Source: Candidatus Altimarinota bacterium
Lineage (GTDB): Bacteria > Patescibacteriota > Gracilibacteria > CAIRYL01
Assembly (NCBI GenBank): GCA_965250085.1
Contig: OZ252287.1
Location: 64,001-128,000, forward strand
Direction: 5' to 3'
DNA length: 64,000 nt
A model generated the notes under the pieces. That model was not told the DNA's origin. It saw nothing but the letters and a program-made list of their open reading frames with translations, and searched no databases. Each line of letters starts with the position of its first letter. Position 1 is the stretch's first letter. The position numbers and the translations under genes are program-made. Of this stretch, positions 27,475-38,052 are shown one piece after another.

Positions 27475-28020
27475 TTATTCCTCCTTCCATTTAATCGAAC
27501 ATCCCATGCTGGGCTTTTGATCTTCTTCAGGAACCTGTTCGTTATTGAGTGTTTTGGAAATAGCATCGGCCAAATCTCTTTTTCTCACATTTTCCGATTC
27601 TTTCCAATTATCATCAATACGTCCTCGATATATAAGCTCTTTATTCGCATCATATACAAAGATATCTGGAGTGCATACAGCTCCATACTCTCTCGCAACT
27701 TCCTGAGATTCATCATAGAGGTAGGGAAACTCTATCGAAAGTTTCTTCATGTTCTCAAAGGAATCTTCGGGATAACCAGTAGCATCATTTGCATTGATCC
27801 CTACAAATTGTACGTTTTGATCGTGAAATTCTTCAGAAAGCCTATTGAGTCTTTGTAGAACCGCCTGAACATACGGGCAGTGATTGCACATAAACACTAT
27901 CACAAGTATCTTTGCCTCCTGAAAGGAATTGAGGCTATATGTGTTGCCATCTGTTCCCGGAAGTGAAAACTCATGTGCATGTATCCCGAGTGGAGTTTTG
28001 GAAGATTCGAGCGACACCAT
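27475..28020 (-). CDS. Thioredoxin/AhpC-TSA (PRX-like) protein
   Basis: FMCNHCPYV, FPYLYDESQ, CTPD, YRGRIDD, SMGCSIKW. Confidence 0.92.
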   Translation of the reverse strand: MVSLESSKTPLGIHAHEFSLPGTDGNTYSLNSFQEAKILVIVFMCNHCPYVQAVLQRLNRLSEEFHDQNVQFVGINANDATGYPEDSFENMKKLSIEFPYLYDESQEVAREYGAVCTPDIFVYDANKELIYRGRIDDNWKESENVRKRDLADAISKTLNNEQVPEEDQKPSMGCSIKWKEE

Positions 28021-28181
28021 TTTGTGAAGATCAAAAAGAAAATTTTCCCAAAAAAGTCAGTGTCGATTGTACTTCAAACACGTACAAAGAGCAAGATGCA
28101 AGTAGCTTCCAAAGAGATATCCCTTGATCGTTTAGAAAGAATCTTTACAATATTGACAAGCTTTTGATCTTATAAAATATT

Positions 28182-28349
28182 ATGAGAGGTTCAGTGTATG
28201 CATTTAGCAAGAGAGGAACGATATGTTCATCTCAAAGGTCAGTAGAAGAGATTACAGTGAAAGACATTTTTCCTCCTCTTCCAACGTTGTCATCACTAAG
28301 CCAGAAAATTTCTATTATCATGGACAGCGTTCGAAGACGAATACAATGA
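28182..28349 (+). CDS. Possible small orphan protein (55 aa)
   Basis: Hand-translated MRGSVYAFSKRG...IMDSVRRRIQ in an otherwise empty 370-bp gap, with TTGACA at 28153. Confidence 0.3.
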   Translation: MRGSVYAFSKRGTICSSQRSVEEITVKDIFPPLPTLSSLSQKISIIMDSVRRRIQ

Positions 28350-28393
28350 ACAAGAACTGCAAAACAATAGGAACTCTTTAGATCTCTTCTTTT

Positions 28394-29800
28394 ATGCTTA
28401 CTTCTCATATTTTCCGTGCCTACGATATTCGCGGTATTTACAAAGCTGATTTTGACGCCACTGGAGCAGAACTTATTGGGAAAGGATATGGAACCTATCT
28501 CCGCAAGCTCTATGGAAATGGAAAACTCACTATTGTACTGGGTCGTGATGGAAGAAACGCTGGAGCAATATTGGAAGAAGGATTTATAGAAGGAGTGCTT
28601 TCTACGGGTATCAATGTGGTTCAGATTGGTATGATCCCTTCACCACTTCTTTATTTTGCTATCTGTGATGGTGGTTTTGATGGAGGAGTAGCGATAACAG
28701 CAAGTCATAATCCAAAAGAGTATAATGGGTTTAAGCTTCAAAAACGTGAGGCGCACGCTATTTGTGGCGATCAGATCCAGGAGATTTTGCAGATTATTGA
28801 GAAGGAAGACTTTTTTGTATCCTCAGAAGAGGGGGATGTGCGCAAACAGGACTTTGCAAATTCTTATTTTGAGAAGGTAGCTACTCTTGCCAATATTGAT
28901 GTTTCAGGTGGTTCGCCGAAGATGGTGATTGATGCGGGAAATGGTATCATGGGGAACTATGCGCCTGAGTTTTTTCGCAATGTAGGATGTGAAGTCATAG
29001 AGCTTTTTTGTGATGTGGATGGGAGTTTTCCCAATCATGAAGCTGATCCTGAGCGAGAAGAAAATCTACAGGATCTTAAGCAGAAGGTTTTGGAGATAAA
29101 AGCAGACTTTGGGTTGGCTTTTGATGGAGATGGAGACCGAGTAGGCCTTTTGGATTCAGAGGGGAATCATTATTCGGCAGATTTACTACTACTACTTCTT
29201 TCTCGAGATTTGCTCTCCCGAAATCCAGGAGCATCTATTGTATTTGATCTCAAATCCACTGATGTGCTTCGAGAGGAAATTGAACGTCTGGGCGGCAAAG
29301 CCTTGATGTGTAAAACGGGACACTCATTTGTAGAAAAGATGATGGAAGAAAGCGGTTCTCTTCTTGGAGGAGAGGTCTCAGGACACCTCTTTTTTGCAGA
29401 AAATTATTACGGAGTAGATGATGCTCTTCTTGCTTCATATAAACTCATCAGTATTTTATGGAACTCTCAAAAATCTGTACGAGAGCACCTGTCAAATCTT
29501 CCGAAAACATTTGTAACACCAGAAATAAAAGTAAAAATTTCAGAAGAGAAAAAATTTGAAATTATGGATCAAATTATCGAACACTTTGTCGCAGAATATC
29601 CTGACGCGCTTACCATAGATGGAGTGCGAATCGATTTTGAAGAAGATGGAGCATGGGGAATAGTGAGAGCTTCCAATACTTCTCCCTATCTCACCACTCG
29701 ATTTGAAGCTCGCTCTCAGGAAAAACTTGATGAAATCCAAAAAATCGTGTTTGATCATTTGAAAAAATATGAGGAAATTGAGGGAGTTCCTGAGGTATGA
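28394..29800 (+). CDS. Phosphomannomutase/phosphoglucomutase
   Basis: FRAYDIRG, TASHNP, FPNH, DGDGDR, GEVSGH, RASNT. Confidence 0.95.
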   Translation: MLTSHIFRAYDIRGIYKADFDATGAELIGKGYGTYLRKLYGNGKLTIVLGRDGRNAGAILEEGFIEGVLSTGINVVQIGMIPSPLLYFAICDGGFDGGVAITASHNPKEYNGFKLQKREAHAICGDQIQEILQIIEKEDFFVSSEEGDVRKQDFANSYFEKVATLANIDVSGGSPKMVIDAGNGIMGNYAPEFFRNVGCEVIELFCDVDGSFPNHEADPEREENLQDLKQKVLEIKADFGLAFDGDGDRVGLLDSEGNHYSADLLLLLLSRDLLSRNPGASIVFDLKSTDVLREEIERLGGKALMCKTGHSFVEKMMEESGSLLGGEVSGHLFFAENYYGVDDALLASYKLISILWNSQKSVREHLSNLPKTFVTPEIKVKISEEKKFEIMDQIIEHFVAEYPDALTIDGVRIDFEEDGAWGIVRASNTSPYLTTRFEARSQEKLDEIQKIVFDHLKKYEEIEGVPEV

Positions 29801-29806
29801 TTATAA

Positions 29807-30403
29807 ATGGTCAATTATGAATTACGAATGAATAAAGATTTTTCTAAACTTCATTGTGAACTTACTACTAATCGCTTGCTTCTCAGGCCGGTTGAAATTT
29901 TGGATGCTGAAAAAATATGGCCGTATGTTTCTGAGCCTGGATTTCCTAAATATATGAGTTGGGAAGCTCATAAAGATATTGGTGAAACGCGAAAATTTTG
30001 TAAAAACTGCGTGCAGAATTTTACAAAAGGGAAGGGGATTACGTGGTCAATTTTTCTCAGAGAAACGGAAGAATTTTGTGGTGTTATAGGACTCGATGGT
30101 GTGATTTGGAATATTAATGCGTTTCAAACGGGAGGGCGAGCAGAGATGGGATACTGGATTGGAGAAAAATTTTGGGGGCAGGAAATAGTTCTGGAAGCGG
30201 CAAGATCAGTACTGCAATTTGCATTTCACAAAATTGGATTTCGGAAAGTGACGGTGAGTCACATTACCGAAAATCATCAGTCTCAGAGAGTGATAGAAAA
30301 ACTCAAGTTTCGATACATTGGCGAGCAAAAAGACGAATGCTTCAAAAACAATGCTTGGTACGATGATAAGGTCTATGAAATGCTGGAGAGGGAGTTTCAG
30401 TAA
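29807..30403 (+). CDS. GNAT acetyltransferase (RimJ/RimL family)
   Basis: TNRLLLRP, AEMGYWIG..FWGQ, N..S.RVIEKL.F. Confidence 0.9.
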   Translation: MVNYELRMNKDFSKLHCELTTNRLLLRPVEILDAEKIWPYVSEPGFPKYMSWEAHKDIGETRKFCKNCVQNFTKGKGITWSIFLRETEEFCGVIGLDGVIWNINAFQTGGRAEMGYWIGEKFWGQEIVLEAARSVLQFAFHKIGFRKVTVSHITENHQSQRVIEKLKFRYIGEQKDECFKNNAWYDDKVYEMLEREFQ

Positions 30404-30490
30404 GTTTCTGTAATTCTCTTAGAAGTTTGATGTGGGTATGTCACTTGACACAGGGAAAATGACATAAGAAAATAAAAGTTGTATAAATGT

Positions 30491-30527
30491 CCCGCATTCT
30501 GGGGTGAAGTGCACCACAGAATGCGGG
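30491..30527 (+). promoter_or_regulatory. Strong stem-loop in the 5' leader of the orphan gene
   Basis: CCCGCATTCTG pairs with CAGAATGCGGG (11 bp), plus GGTG/CACC; lies just after ATGACA-17-TATAAA. Confidence 0.5.
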
Positions 30528-30576
30528 TATCACAAGTGAAAGAACTCTATACCACATATCAGATACTGACTTAAGA

Positions 30577-31227
30577 ATGCTCGGGGGCTCTTTTTTTGGT
30601 GTTCCAATGATAAATGACGCAGGTGTTCAAGAGTATAAACATTTATTCTGGGAGAGCGATCTTTTTTCTTCTCCTTCATGGAACGATTTCACTTTCGAAG
30701 ATTTTCTTGAAACAGTTAAATCGAATGAGTTGCTTCATTCTGTTCTTTATAAAGAATATGGATTCCCTAGCCTTGCAGAAAAAATCCCTTGGTCCGAAAT
30801 TGATCTTTCTGACATAGACATAATAAACGATCAACAAGCAAATGAATTTTTATCAGATGTGGCAAGCCTCAATACGGATCCTCGTTATATTTTTGTTATT
30901 ATCAGAAAGGTTTTATTTCGTCTTTCAGCTATGGAAGATGGTTCTTTAGAAATAACACATGATCAATATCGTTATTCTAATATGGCTTGTTTGAAAGAAC
31001 TATCCACTATTTTTAGAGAATTAGGGAGAGATGAAGAACTCGGAAGGATTTTAATGAATGCCGCAACAACAGAGGAAGATTCGGAAGTTGATAAACACCT
31101 CAAGACCATTCTCGAAGTCTTAACTCCCGAGCATCTGGAGTTCATAAGAGATGCTTTTACCGTACGCGGAAAAAAACTTATGGAAGTGATGGATCGTCAC
31201 AACATGATGAAGTCAAAAGATTTATGA
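30577..31227 (+). CDS. Hypothetical protein (orphan)
   Basis: 216 aa acidic, helical ORF. Confidence 0.7.
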   Translation: MLGGSFFGVPMINDAGVQEYKHLFWESDLFSSPSWNDFTFEDFLETVKSNELLHSVLYKEYGFPSLAEKIPWSEIDLSDIDIINDQQANEFLSDVASLNTDPRYIFVIIRKVLFRLSAMEDGSLEITHDQYRYSNMACLKELSTIFRELGRDEELGRILMNAATTEEDSEVDKHLKTILEVLTPEHLEFIRDAFTVRGKKLMEVMDRHNMMKSKDL

Positions 31228-31246
31228 AATACTGAAGAGTAAAAAT

Positions 31247-31322
31247 AAACCCACCTATAGCCTCCCTTTACAAGGGAGGAATAATTTTCTCTCCCCTTGA
31301 AAAGGGGAGTTGGAGGGGTTTA
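31247..31322. repeat. Composite family A repeat (two opposed units)
   Basis: aaacccacctatagcctccctttacaagggagga...ctccccttgaaaaggggagttggaggggttt, between convergent genes. Confidence 0.8.
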
Positions 31323-31339
31323 AGTCTAAGATGATAAGA

Positions 31340-31969
31340 TCACAAATACTGCTCTCCCCAAGCTTTCGGATCTTTTTGAAACTCCATAATCCTTTCCACA
31401 TCATTCCGAGAAATATCTTCTCGCTCAACAGCGAGAGGTATGATCTCTGAAAATCCGGTAAGACTCACAGCATCAATATTGGCTTTCTCAAAATTTGCTT
31501 CGGCAAGTGGAAGATCCCAACTCATAATGGAAACAGCTCCCAATACTTCACTTTTTCCTTCGTTTTGCACTGCTTCTGCAGAAGCAATGACACTCCCTCC
31601 AGTAGAGAAGAGATCTTCTACAACTACTACTTTTGAGTTTTTTTCTAAAAATCCTTCAATTTGTTTTTTGGCACCATGCTCTTTTGGTTTTGGGCGGATA
31701 TATACCATGGGGAGCTTCATTTTAGCAGCTACAAATGCTGCCCATGAAATGGCGGCAGTAGCAGTTCCAGCAATAGCATCAGGATGCCATTTATTTTGTT
31801 CAATTTTTTTGATCAATGCTGCAATAATTTGTTCTCTTTCTTCTACAAATCCAGTCATAAGACGATTGTCGCAATAGACCGGAGATACAATGCCACTGGT
31901 CCACTCAAATGGGGGATCGAGAGAGACTCGAACCGCATTTTTTTGGAGTAGAAGAGAGGCAATGCTCAT
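31340..31969 (-). CDS. pyrE: Orotate phosphoribosyltransferase
   Basis: WTSGIVSPVYCDNR, R.KPKEHG, VVVEDLFSTGGS. Confidence 0.95.
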   Translation of the reverse strand: MSIASLLLQKNAVRVSLDPPFEWTSGIVSPVYCDNRLMTGFVEEREQIIAALIKKIEQNKWHPDAIAGTATAAISWAAFVAAKMKLPMVYIRPKPKEHGAKKQIEGFLEKNSKVVVVEDLFSTGGSVIASAEAVQNEGKSEVLGAVSIMSWDLPLAEANFEKANIDAVSLTGFSEIIPLAVEREDISRNDVERIMEFQKDPKAWGEQYL

Positions 31970-31977
31970 ACAGTATC

Positions 31978-32577
31978 TTACTTAAGGCTTACAATCCGAT
32001 ATTCAAATTCTCCTCCAGGAGCTTTCACATCAACAGTATCTCCTTTTTTTTGACCCAGCAGTGCTTTTCCAACTGGTGATTCATTAGAAATACGAGCGGA
32101 CATCGGATCCGCTTCTGTCGAACCAACAATCGTATAGGTTTCTTTTTCTTTTGTTTTTTGATCGGCAATAACGACAGTGGATCCAATGCGAACAACACTC
32201 GCTTTTTTACCGGCGATAATTTTGGCGTGCTTTACCTTTTGTTCCAATTCTAAGACACGACCTTCCACAAAAGCTTGTTCGTTTTTTGCTTCTTCATATT
32301 CGGAGTTTTCAGAAAGATCTCCGTACGAAATAGCTTCTTTGAGCCTTTCTGCTACTTCTCTTCGCTTCACTGTTTTGAGTTCATCAAGCTCGAGCTTGAG
32401 TGCTTTGAGACCTTCGGAAGTTATCAAAACAACATCCTGATCCTCTTCTTTTACAAGTGGAGAAGAGGCAACTGCTTCTTTTGAAGGAACTTCCTTTTTC
32501 TTAGAAATTGGTTTTTTTGAAGGAGCTTCCTTTTTTTTAGAAGCAGGTTTTTTTTGAGCAGGTTTTTTTGTAGGCAT
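31978..32577 (-). CDS. greA: Transcription elongation factor GreA with a Lys-rich N-terminal extension
   Basis: GDLSENSEY..AK, ISNESPVGKALLG. Confidence 0.96.
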   Translation of the reverse strand: MPTKKPAQKKPASKKKEAPSKKPISKKKEVPSKEAVASSPLVKEEDQDVVLITSEGLKALKLELDELKTVKRREVAERLKEAISYGDLSENSEYEEAKNEQAFVEGRVLELEQKVKHAKIIAGKKASVVRIGSTVVIADQKTKEKETYTIVGSTEADPMSARISNESPVGKALLGQKKGDTVDVKAPGGEFEYRIVSLK

Positions 32578-32601
32578 ACGAAGAGAAAAAATAAAAAAGT
32601 T

Positions 32602-34056
32602 TTATGATTTTTTTTGAGTCTTTTTCAATTCCAATTTTCCGAATTTCGAAAAATCACTTTTTTTAAAAGAAAGAGAGCGACCTTTTTTCTTAGCGGCTTC
32701 GCCATCTTTAATCTTTACACTGGTCGGATGGTCTCTGAGTTTTTGTAAAACTTTTGCTTCGATTTGACGAATTCGCTCACGGGTGACTCCAAATTCTTTC
32801 CCAACCTCTTCAAGGGTGTGGGCGACTCCATCATTGAGACCAAATCTCATCTCAATAATTTTTCTTTCACGCGGAGAGAGATACATAAGCATAGAGCGAA
32901 TATTTTCTTTCAGTATTTGACGAGCGGTGGATTCTACTGGAGACAAGCTGTCACTGTCTTCAATAAAATCAGCAAGCTTGGAGTCTTCTTCTGCGCCAAC
33001 AGGAGCTTCTAGAGAAACAATGTCTTGGGATATTTTGAGGATATGATGCACTTTTTTGACGTCGAGATCCATTTCCGCACCGAGTTCTTCAACAGTGGGA
33101 TCACGTCCTAATTCCTGCATGAGGCGCCTCTTTGTATGAGTGAGTTTATTGATCGTTTCCACCATGTGCACAGGGATGCGAATAGTTCTTGCTTGATCAG
33201 CAATAGCACGAGTAATAGCTTGTCTGATCCACCAAGTAGCGTAGGTGGAAAACTTGAAACCTCTGGTATAGTCAAATTTTTCAACAGCTCGAAAGAGTCC
33301 GATATTGCCTTCCTGAATGAGATCTAAAAAAGAGAGTCCTCGTCCAATGTATTTTTTAGCAATAGATACCACGAGCCTGAGGTTTGCTTCTGCCAAGTGC
33401 TGCTTCGCAGAAGCATCTCCTTTTTCTATTCGCTTTGCGAGTTCGACCTCCTCCTGAGCGGTCAACAAAGGGACTCGTCCAATTTCAGAAAGATACATGC
33501 GGACTGAATCATTAGAAATTTCGGTAAGTTGAATTTTTTTTCGGATTTCAAAATCATCAAGAGATTCGGTTTCTTCTTCATTTTCATCCTTGTTTTTTTC
33601 TTTTTCTCCGGATTCTTCTTCATCTTTTTCATCTTCCTCCAGAGCTCCTGCAAAAAAGTCGTATTCACCATCTTTCTTTTTTTCTTCTTTCTTCTTTTCT
33701 TCTTTTGTTTCAAAACGATTGCCCATCATGAGAGCTTCTATAGGATCTGCTTTCTTCTTTCTTTTTTTCTTTTTCTTTCCTTTTTCTTGTTTTTCCTCCT
33801 TTTCAGATTCGTTTTCTGATTCCCAAATAAGGGTGTCCCGGACATCAATAACATCGATTCCTAAGTCCATAAACAGCGTATAGACTCTATCCAAAAGGTC
33901 CAAGTCGTCTTCTGCATTGGGAAGAGCTTTCATAAGCTCTTGTTGCGTTACAAATCCATGAGCACGTCCTTTTTTAACAAGCTCTCGTATTGCAACAGGG
34001 AATTTTTCAAGTTCTTCTTTGGTAGGCTGGCGGATAAAGGTTGTGTTTTTTGCCAC
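32602..34056 (-). CDS. rpoD: Primary sigma factor RpoD
   Basis: [44 protein letters not shown]. Confidence 0.97.
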   Translation of the reverse strand: MAKNTTFIRQPTKEELEKFPVAIRELVKKGRAHGFVTQQELMKALPNAEDDLDLLDRVYTLFMDLGIDVIDVRDTLIWESENESEKEEKQEKGKKKKKRKKKADPIEALMMGNRFETKEEKKKEEKKKDGEYDFFAGALEEDEKDEEESGEKEKNKDENEEETESLDDFEIRKKIQLTEISNDSVRMYLSEIGRVPLLTAQEEVELAKRIEKGDASAKQHLAEANLRLVVSIAKKYIGRGLSFLDLIQEGNIGLFRAVEKFDYTRGFKFSTYATWWIRQAITRAIADQARTIRIPVHMVETINKLTHTKRRLMQELGRDPTVEELGAEMDLDVKKVHHILKISQDIVSLEAPVGAEEDSKLADFIEDSDSLSPVESTARQILKENIRSMLMYLSPRERKIIEMRFGLNDGVAHTLEEVGKEFGVTRERIRQIEAKVLQKLRDHPTSVKIKDGEAAKKKGRSLSFKKSDFSKFGKLELKKTQKKS

Positions 34057-34099
34057 AGAGGGTCAATTAAAATGTAAAATTCTGGATTTGAAAAAGGAG

Positions 34100-35872
34100 T
34101 TATATTTGTTGTAAAAGACGGATAAAATCAATTGATTGCTTTTTGAGTTCTTGCTCTTCAGTACTTTTGTTCTGTGCCGTTTTGAGGTTTTCAGAAATTT
34201 CCTGAAGTTTTCTTTTTATAAGCCATTTGTTGAGTTTTTGTACAAGATGCTTTACTTCTTCTCTTTTTCCTTGGTCAGAAAACCGATCCATCTTTTCTTC
34301 TGTATACAGCGTGAAGAGTTCCCATTTCTTTTTTTCTTCAGCAGAGAAGGCAGAAAGAACCTTTTGTGGGTCTATTTGACCCGAGGTATTGTACGCTTGG
34401 CAGAAACCGTTGTAAATTCTTTTTTCAAGCCCATCAGGGGCGATATCAAGGAGAAAATTTTTATGTGCGATTTCAAAAAGCTCTGGGAATGCGGAGAGAA
34501 CTCCAATGAAGTATGAAAGCGAAGATATTTTGGAAAAAGAATCCTCATCTGCAGACTTTATTTCACGAGAAAAAGCATTCTTTTGTTGTTTAAAGCTCTT
34601 TTTTTCAAAATCTTGAAATTCTTTTTGTATAATACGTTCGTCAGCGCGAAGTTTTTCCGAAAGGAATTTTATGTAGTGATTCTTTTCGAGTTCACCGGGG
34701 AATAAGTGTATAAAAGGGAAAACATTTTTCAGAATATTTCGCTGATCAGAAACGTCTTCTGTATTACGATTTTCGAGAGATTCTTCAATCAAAAAATCCA
34801 TCACTTGCTTCCGATCTGAGAGTGCTTTTGCAAAGTCAGATGGACTGTTTCTAATGACTTCATCAGGATCCTGCCCTTCTGGAAGGAGAATGACTGACAC
34901 CGTCATTCCTTCAGCAATAGCGATTTCGATAGCTCTTTTGGTGGCATCTTTTCCAGCACCATCAGCGTCAAATGCAAAGACAATGTTGGAAGAAAACCTC
35001 TTGAGCAGTGATACATGTTCTATAGAAAGAGCTGTTCCACTTACTGCTACCGTATTTTTATATCCGGCATTACAGCATTGGAGTACATCAAAGTATCCTT
35101 CAACAACGAGACAAAAGTCTTCTTTTTGAATTGCTTGTTTGGCAATGCTCAATCCGTACAAAATCTGGCTCTTGTGGTACATGACTGTCTCGGGGGAATT
35201 TAAATATTTAGGATCGCCTTTTTCAGCGATTCTTCCACCAAACCCTCTCAAAGTTTTGTGCACATCATAAATAGGGAACATGATACGTCCTCGAAATCGA
35301 TCGTATACTTTTTCTCCTTTTTTATCTTTGCTTCCTACCATACCGGCTTCCAGCATTTCTTTTCGCGAAAATCCTTTTGAGGAAAGATGTTTTTCTAATG
35401 CGTGAAAGTCATCAAAAGCATACCCGATACCAAAAGTTTCGAGGGTTTCTCGAGAAAGACACCTCTGTTTAACGATATCTTGTATTTTTTTTGTTTTTTT
35501 CAGGGTTTCCTCAAAATATTTTTTAGATTCTTCAAGGAGTTCAGAGAATCTGATCTTTTTTTCTTTTTTAAGATTAGTGTCTTTAAAATTGTGAGATTTG
35601 AGTTCTACACCTGCCATTTCTGCGAGAATTTTAAGAGCTTCTGGAAAATCTACATTTTCCACTTTTTGGAGGAATCCAAATACATCACCTCCACTTTGAC
35701 ATGAAAAACACCATGCCAATCCCTTCTCATTGCTCACCAAGAGAGATGGATTGTGATCATCATGAAAAGGACAGAGCCCCTTCATGTTCCGTCCTACTGG
35801 TTTCAGGGTGACATACTTGCTTACGACATCGCTGATAGAAAGCCGATTTTTAATCTCTTGTACTGTGTCCAC
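34100..35872 (-). CDS. dnaG: DNA primase
   Basis: CPFH...CFSC zinc finger, KYLNSPET, VEGYFDV, FDADGAG. Confidence 0.97.
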   Translation of the reverse strand: MDTVQEIKNRLSISDVVSKYVTLKPVGRNMKGLCPFHDDHNPSLLVSNEKGLAWCFSCQSGGDVFGFLQKVENVDFPEALKILAEMAGVELKSHNFKDTNLKKEKKIRFSELLEESKKYFEETLKKTKKIQDIVKQRCLSRETLETFGIGYAFDDFHALEKHLSSKGFSRKEMLEAGMVGSKDKKGEKVYDRFRGRIMFPIYDVHKTLRGFGGRIAEKGDPKYLNSPETVMYHKSQILYGLSIAKQAIQKEDFCLVVEGYFDVLQCCNAGYKNTVAVSGTALSIEHVSLLKRFSSNIVFAFDADGAGKDATKRAIEIAIAEGMTVSVILLPEGQDPDEVIRNSPSDFAKALSDRKQVMDFLIEESLENRNTEDVSDQRNILKNVFPFIHLFPGELEKNHYIKFLSEKLRADERIIQKEFQDFEKKSFKQQKNAFSREIKSADEDSFSKISSLSYFIGVLSAFPELFEIAHKNFLLDIAPDGLEKRIYNGFCQAYNTSGQIDPQKVLSAFSAEEKKKWELFTLYTEEKMDRFSDQGKREEVKHLVQKLNKWLIKRKLQEISENLKTAQNKSTEEQELKKQSIDFIRLLQQI

Positions 35873-36003
35873 AGAATCAATTACAAATTACGAATTACGA
35901 ATGAAGAAAATGGGGGAGATATAGTAGCGCAAGAGGGGAAAAAGTGGAATTGAAACATATATTTTTATCAATTTTAGAAATTCATAAGTTTTTTTGTTTT
36001 GCA

Positions 36004-36402
36004 ATGGCAAGTATTTGTGAGAAAAAGAAAACAGGTGATACAATTCTTACAAGCTTTTCAGTTTCTATGGGTCATAATTGTTCTGACAAGAGTCCGATTG
36101 AGTTACAAAAACATGAAACACATTCAGTGACTGTGGAAGAAGCTTTGGAAAACATGAGTTTACTTCAAAGAGAATGTAAGGCACTTGTATCTCGAGTAAA
36201 TCAATGGTCACGAAACCAAATAGGAGGATGTCTCAAACACAACAATGTTATTACATGGCGAAAAGGTGATTTGAAGGAAAGAGAATGTGTTGATTGTGGT
36301 CAGCAGCAATCATTTGTGATGACTTATGATTTTGTTGGACATGGTCCAGATCGTTCATTTTGGATGAAGGGGCAATTTCACAGTACTGGATCTTCATCGT
36401 AA
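36004..36402 (+). CDS. Hypothetical protein with a putative C-terminal zinc ribbon
   Basis: CLKH-x16-CVDC motif; ATG 36004 preferred. Confidence 0.55.
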   Translation: MASICEKKKTGDTILTSFSVSMGHNCSDKSPIELQKHETHSVTVEEALENMSLLQRECKALVSRVNQWSRNQIGGCLKHNNVITWRKGDLKERECVDCGQQQSFVMTYDFVGHGPDRSFWMKGQFHSTGSSS

Positions 36403-36419
36403 TTGTATTGATTATCAAT

Positions 36420-36452
36420 AAAAACATCCCTCTTCCAGAGAGAGATGTTTTT
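36420..36452. terminator. Intrinsic terminator after rplL (bidirectional)
   Basis: aaaaacatc...gatgttttt stem-loop. Confidence 0.65.
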
Positions 36453-36474
36453 CATAAGAGACAAGGGGAAAAAC

Positions 36475-36888
36475 TTATTTGAGCTCAACTTCTGCTCCAG
36501 TTTCTTCAAGCTTTTTCTTGAGTTCTTCGGCTTCTTCCTTTTTGACACCTTCTTTGATGGGTTTAGGAGCACCATCTACAAGGTCTTTTGCTTCTTTGAG
36601 GCCAAGACCAGTGACTTCACGGACTGCCTTGATCACACTGATCTTGGCTTGTCCGGCAGAGGTTAAGACAACGTCAAAGCTGTCTTTTTTTTCTCCACCA
36701 CCAGCGTCACCTCCACCTCCACCAGGAGCGGCAACAGCCATAGGAGCGGCAGCAGAAACACCAAATGTATCTTCCATATGAGCTACCACAGCAGCGAGTT
36801 CGAGAACGGTAAGCTTTTCAACGAGTTCAAGAACCTTCTCTCCGTTTTTTGAAAGCTTTGGAAGATCTTTTTTTGCGTCTTCAGACAT
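36475..36888 (-). CDS. rplL: 50S ribosomal protein L7/L12
   Basis: [35 protein letters not shown]. Confidence 0.97.
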   Translation of the reverse strand: MSEDAKKDLPKLSKNGEKVLELVEKLTVLELAAVVAHMEDTFGVSAAAPMAVAAPGGGGGDAGGGEKKDSFDVVLTSAGQAKISVIKAVREVTGLGLKEAKDLVDGAPKPIKEGVKKEEAEELKKKLEETGAEVELK

Positions 36889-36953
36889 GAGAATAAAAAA
36901 TTAAAGAATAAAAAAGTGAATAAGTAGTAAGTGAGTCAGTTGTCAGTAGTAAG

Positions 36954-37727
36954 TTACGCTTCTTCTTTGGACTCATTGGAGTCTTCAGTACCTTCTGTCG
37001 CATCTTCTGGTGGTCCTGAACTTTCTGGGTTTTCCGCAGCCTCAGAGGATTCTGAATCATCGGATGGGTCTGGGCTTCCTGAAGCATCAGTTGAAGTATT
37101 TGTTTCAACTTCTGGCTTTTTTTCTTTTGGCTGAAGATTTTCGGCCTCTACATTTGGTTCTTGTGTTTTTTCTCCTCCTGGCTCCTGACTCCCATCTCCT
37201 GACTCTTCAAGTTTTTCCTTCAGTCCATTGAGCGCCATAACCAGTCCACCGAGTAAACTATTGCTGATGCCAACAAATCCACTGAGTGGTGATTGGAGTG
37301 ATCCCATAAATTTTGCCAAAAGCTCTTCTTTGGATGGGAGTTTGGCCAAAGCAATTACTTCATCCTGACCAATTACTTTGCCATCCATGATGGCGGCAAT
37401 GAGGACAAGATTCTCATGATCTTTTGCAAATTTTGCCAAAAGCTTGGCATTTATAATTTCATCTTCATACGAAAAAGCAGCTCCTACTGCCCCATCAAGA
37501 AGGCCCTTCTCCATGCCTTCCACACTGCTGTCAGCACATGCCTTGAGAAGAAGAGTTTTTTTTGCCACCTGAAAGTCGACTCCAGATTCGTGAAGATTGC
37601 GTCTGAGTTCGGTAACTTCTGAAACACTAAGTCCTCTGTTGGCGGCAAAAACTACTGATTTTGAGCGACCAAATCGATCCACGAGGGTGGAGAGGATATC
37701 CTGTTTTTGTTTTTTAGAAACGGCCAT
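36954..37727 (-). CDS. rplJ: 50S ribosomal protein L10 with a long acidic C-terminal tail
   Basis: GLSVSEVTELRR, VAKKTLL, LAKLPSKEELLA; about 85 aa E/S/D tail. Confidence 0.95.
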   Translation of the reverse strand: MAVSKKQKQDILSTLVDRFGRSKSVVFAANRGLSVSEVTELRRNLHESGVDFQVAKKTLLLKACADSSVEGMEKGLLDGAVGAAFSYEDEIINAKLLAKFAKDHENLVLIAAIMDGKVIGQDEVIALAKLPSKEELLAKFMGSLQSPLSGFVGISNSLLGGLVMALNGLKEKLEESGDGSQEPGGEKTQEPNVEAENLQPKEKKPEVETNTSTDASGSPDPSDDSESSEAAENPESSGPPEDATEGTEDSNESKEEA

Positions 37728-37864
37728 ATTACAAAAGTTGAAAGTTCAAAAGTTTATAAAGTGTAAAGTCAAAAAATATCCTTGACGCTCGATCAAAGAT
37801 TTATGGAGGAGTCACCTTTCTGTCTCAGGATTTGGGAAATTAAATTCCTGCGAAATATTGTATG

Positions 37865-37922
37865 ACTTCTCTGGGCTGGTCTTACTTCCACTCAAGGTGG
37901 ATGCCAACTGTCTCTGAGGAGC
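37865..37922 (-). ncRNA. L10 leader (ribosomal protein autoregulatory RNA)
   Basis: Minus strand CAGAGACAGUUGG-(UCCAC cuuga GUGGA)-UAAGA-CCAGCCCAGAG resembles the AGACAG..GG...UAA..CC...GAG L10 leader core; promoter TTGCAT-16-TACAAT at 37957-37930. Confidence 0.65.
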
Positions 37923-38052
37923 GAGAGGTATTGTATGGATTTTGAAAAAAGATGCAAGGGAAAATGTGGGGGGAATTATAAATTTTGAATTATGAATTTT
38001 GAATTTGTTTGATACTATTTTTCTCGGATTTTTCTTTTCTTTTCAAAAAATC

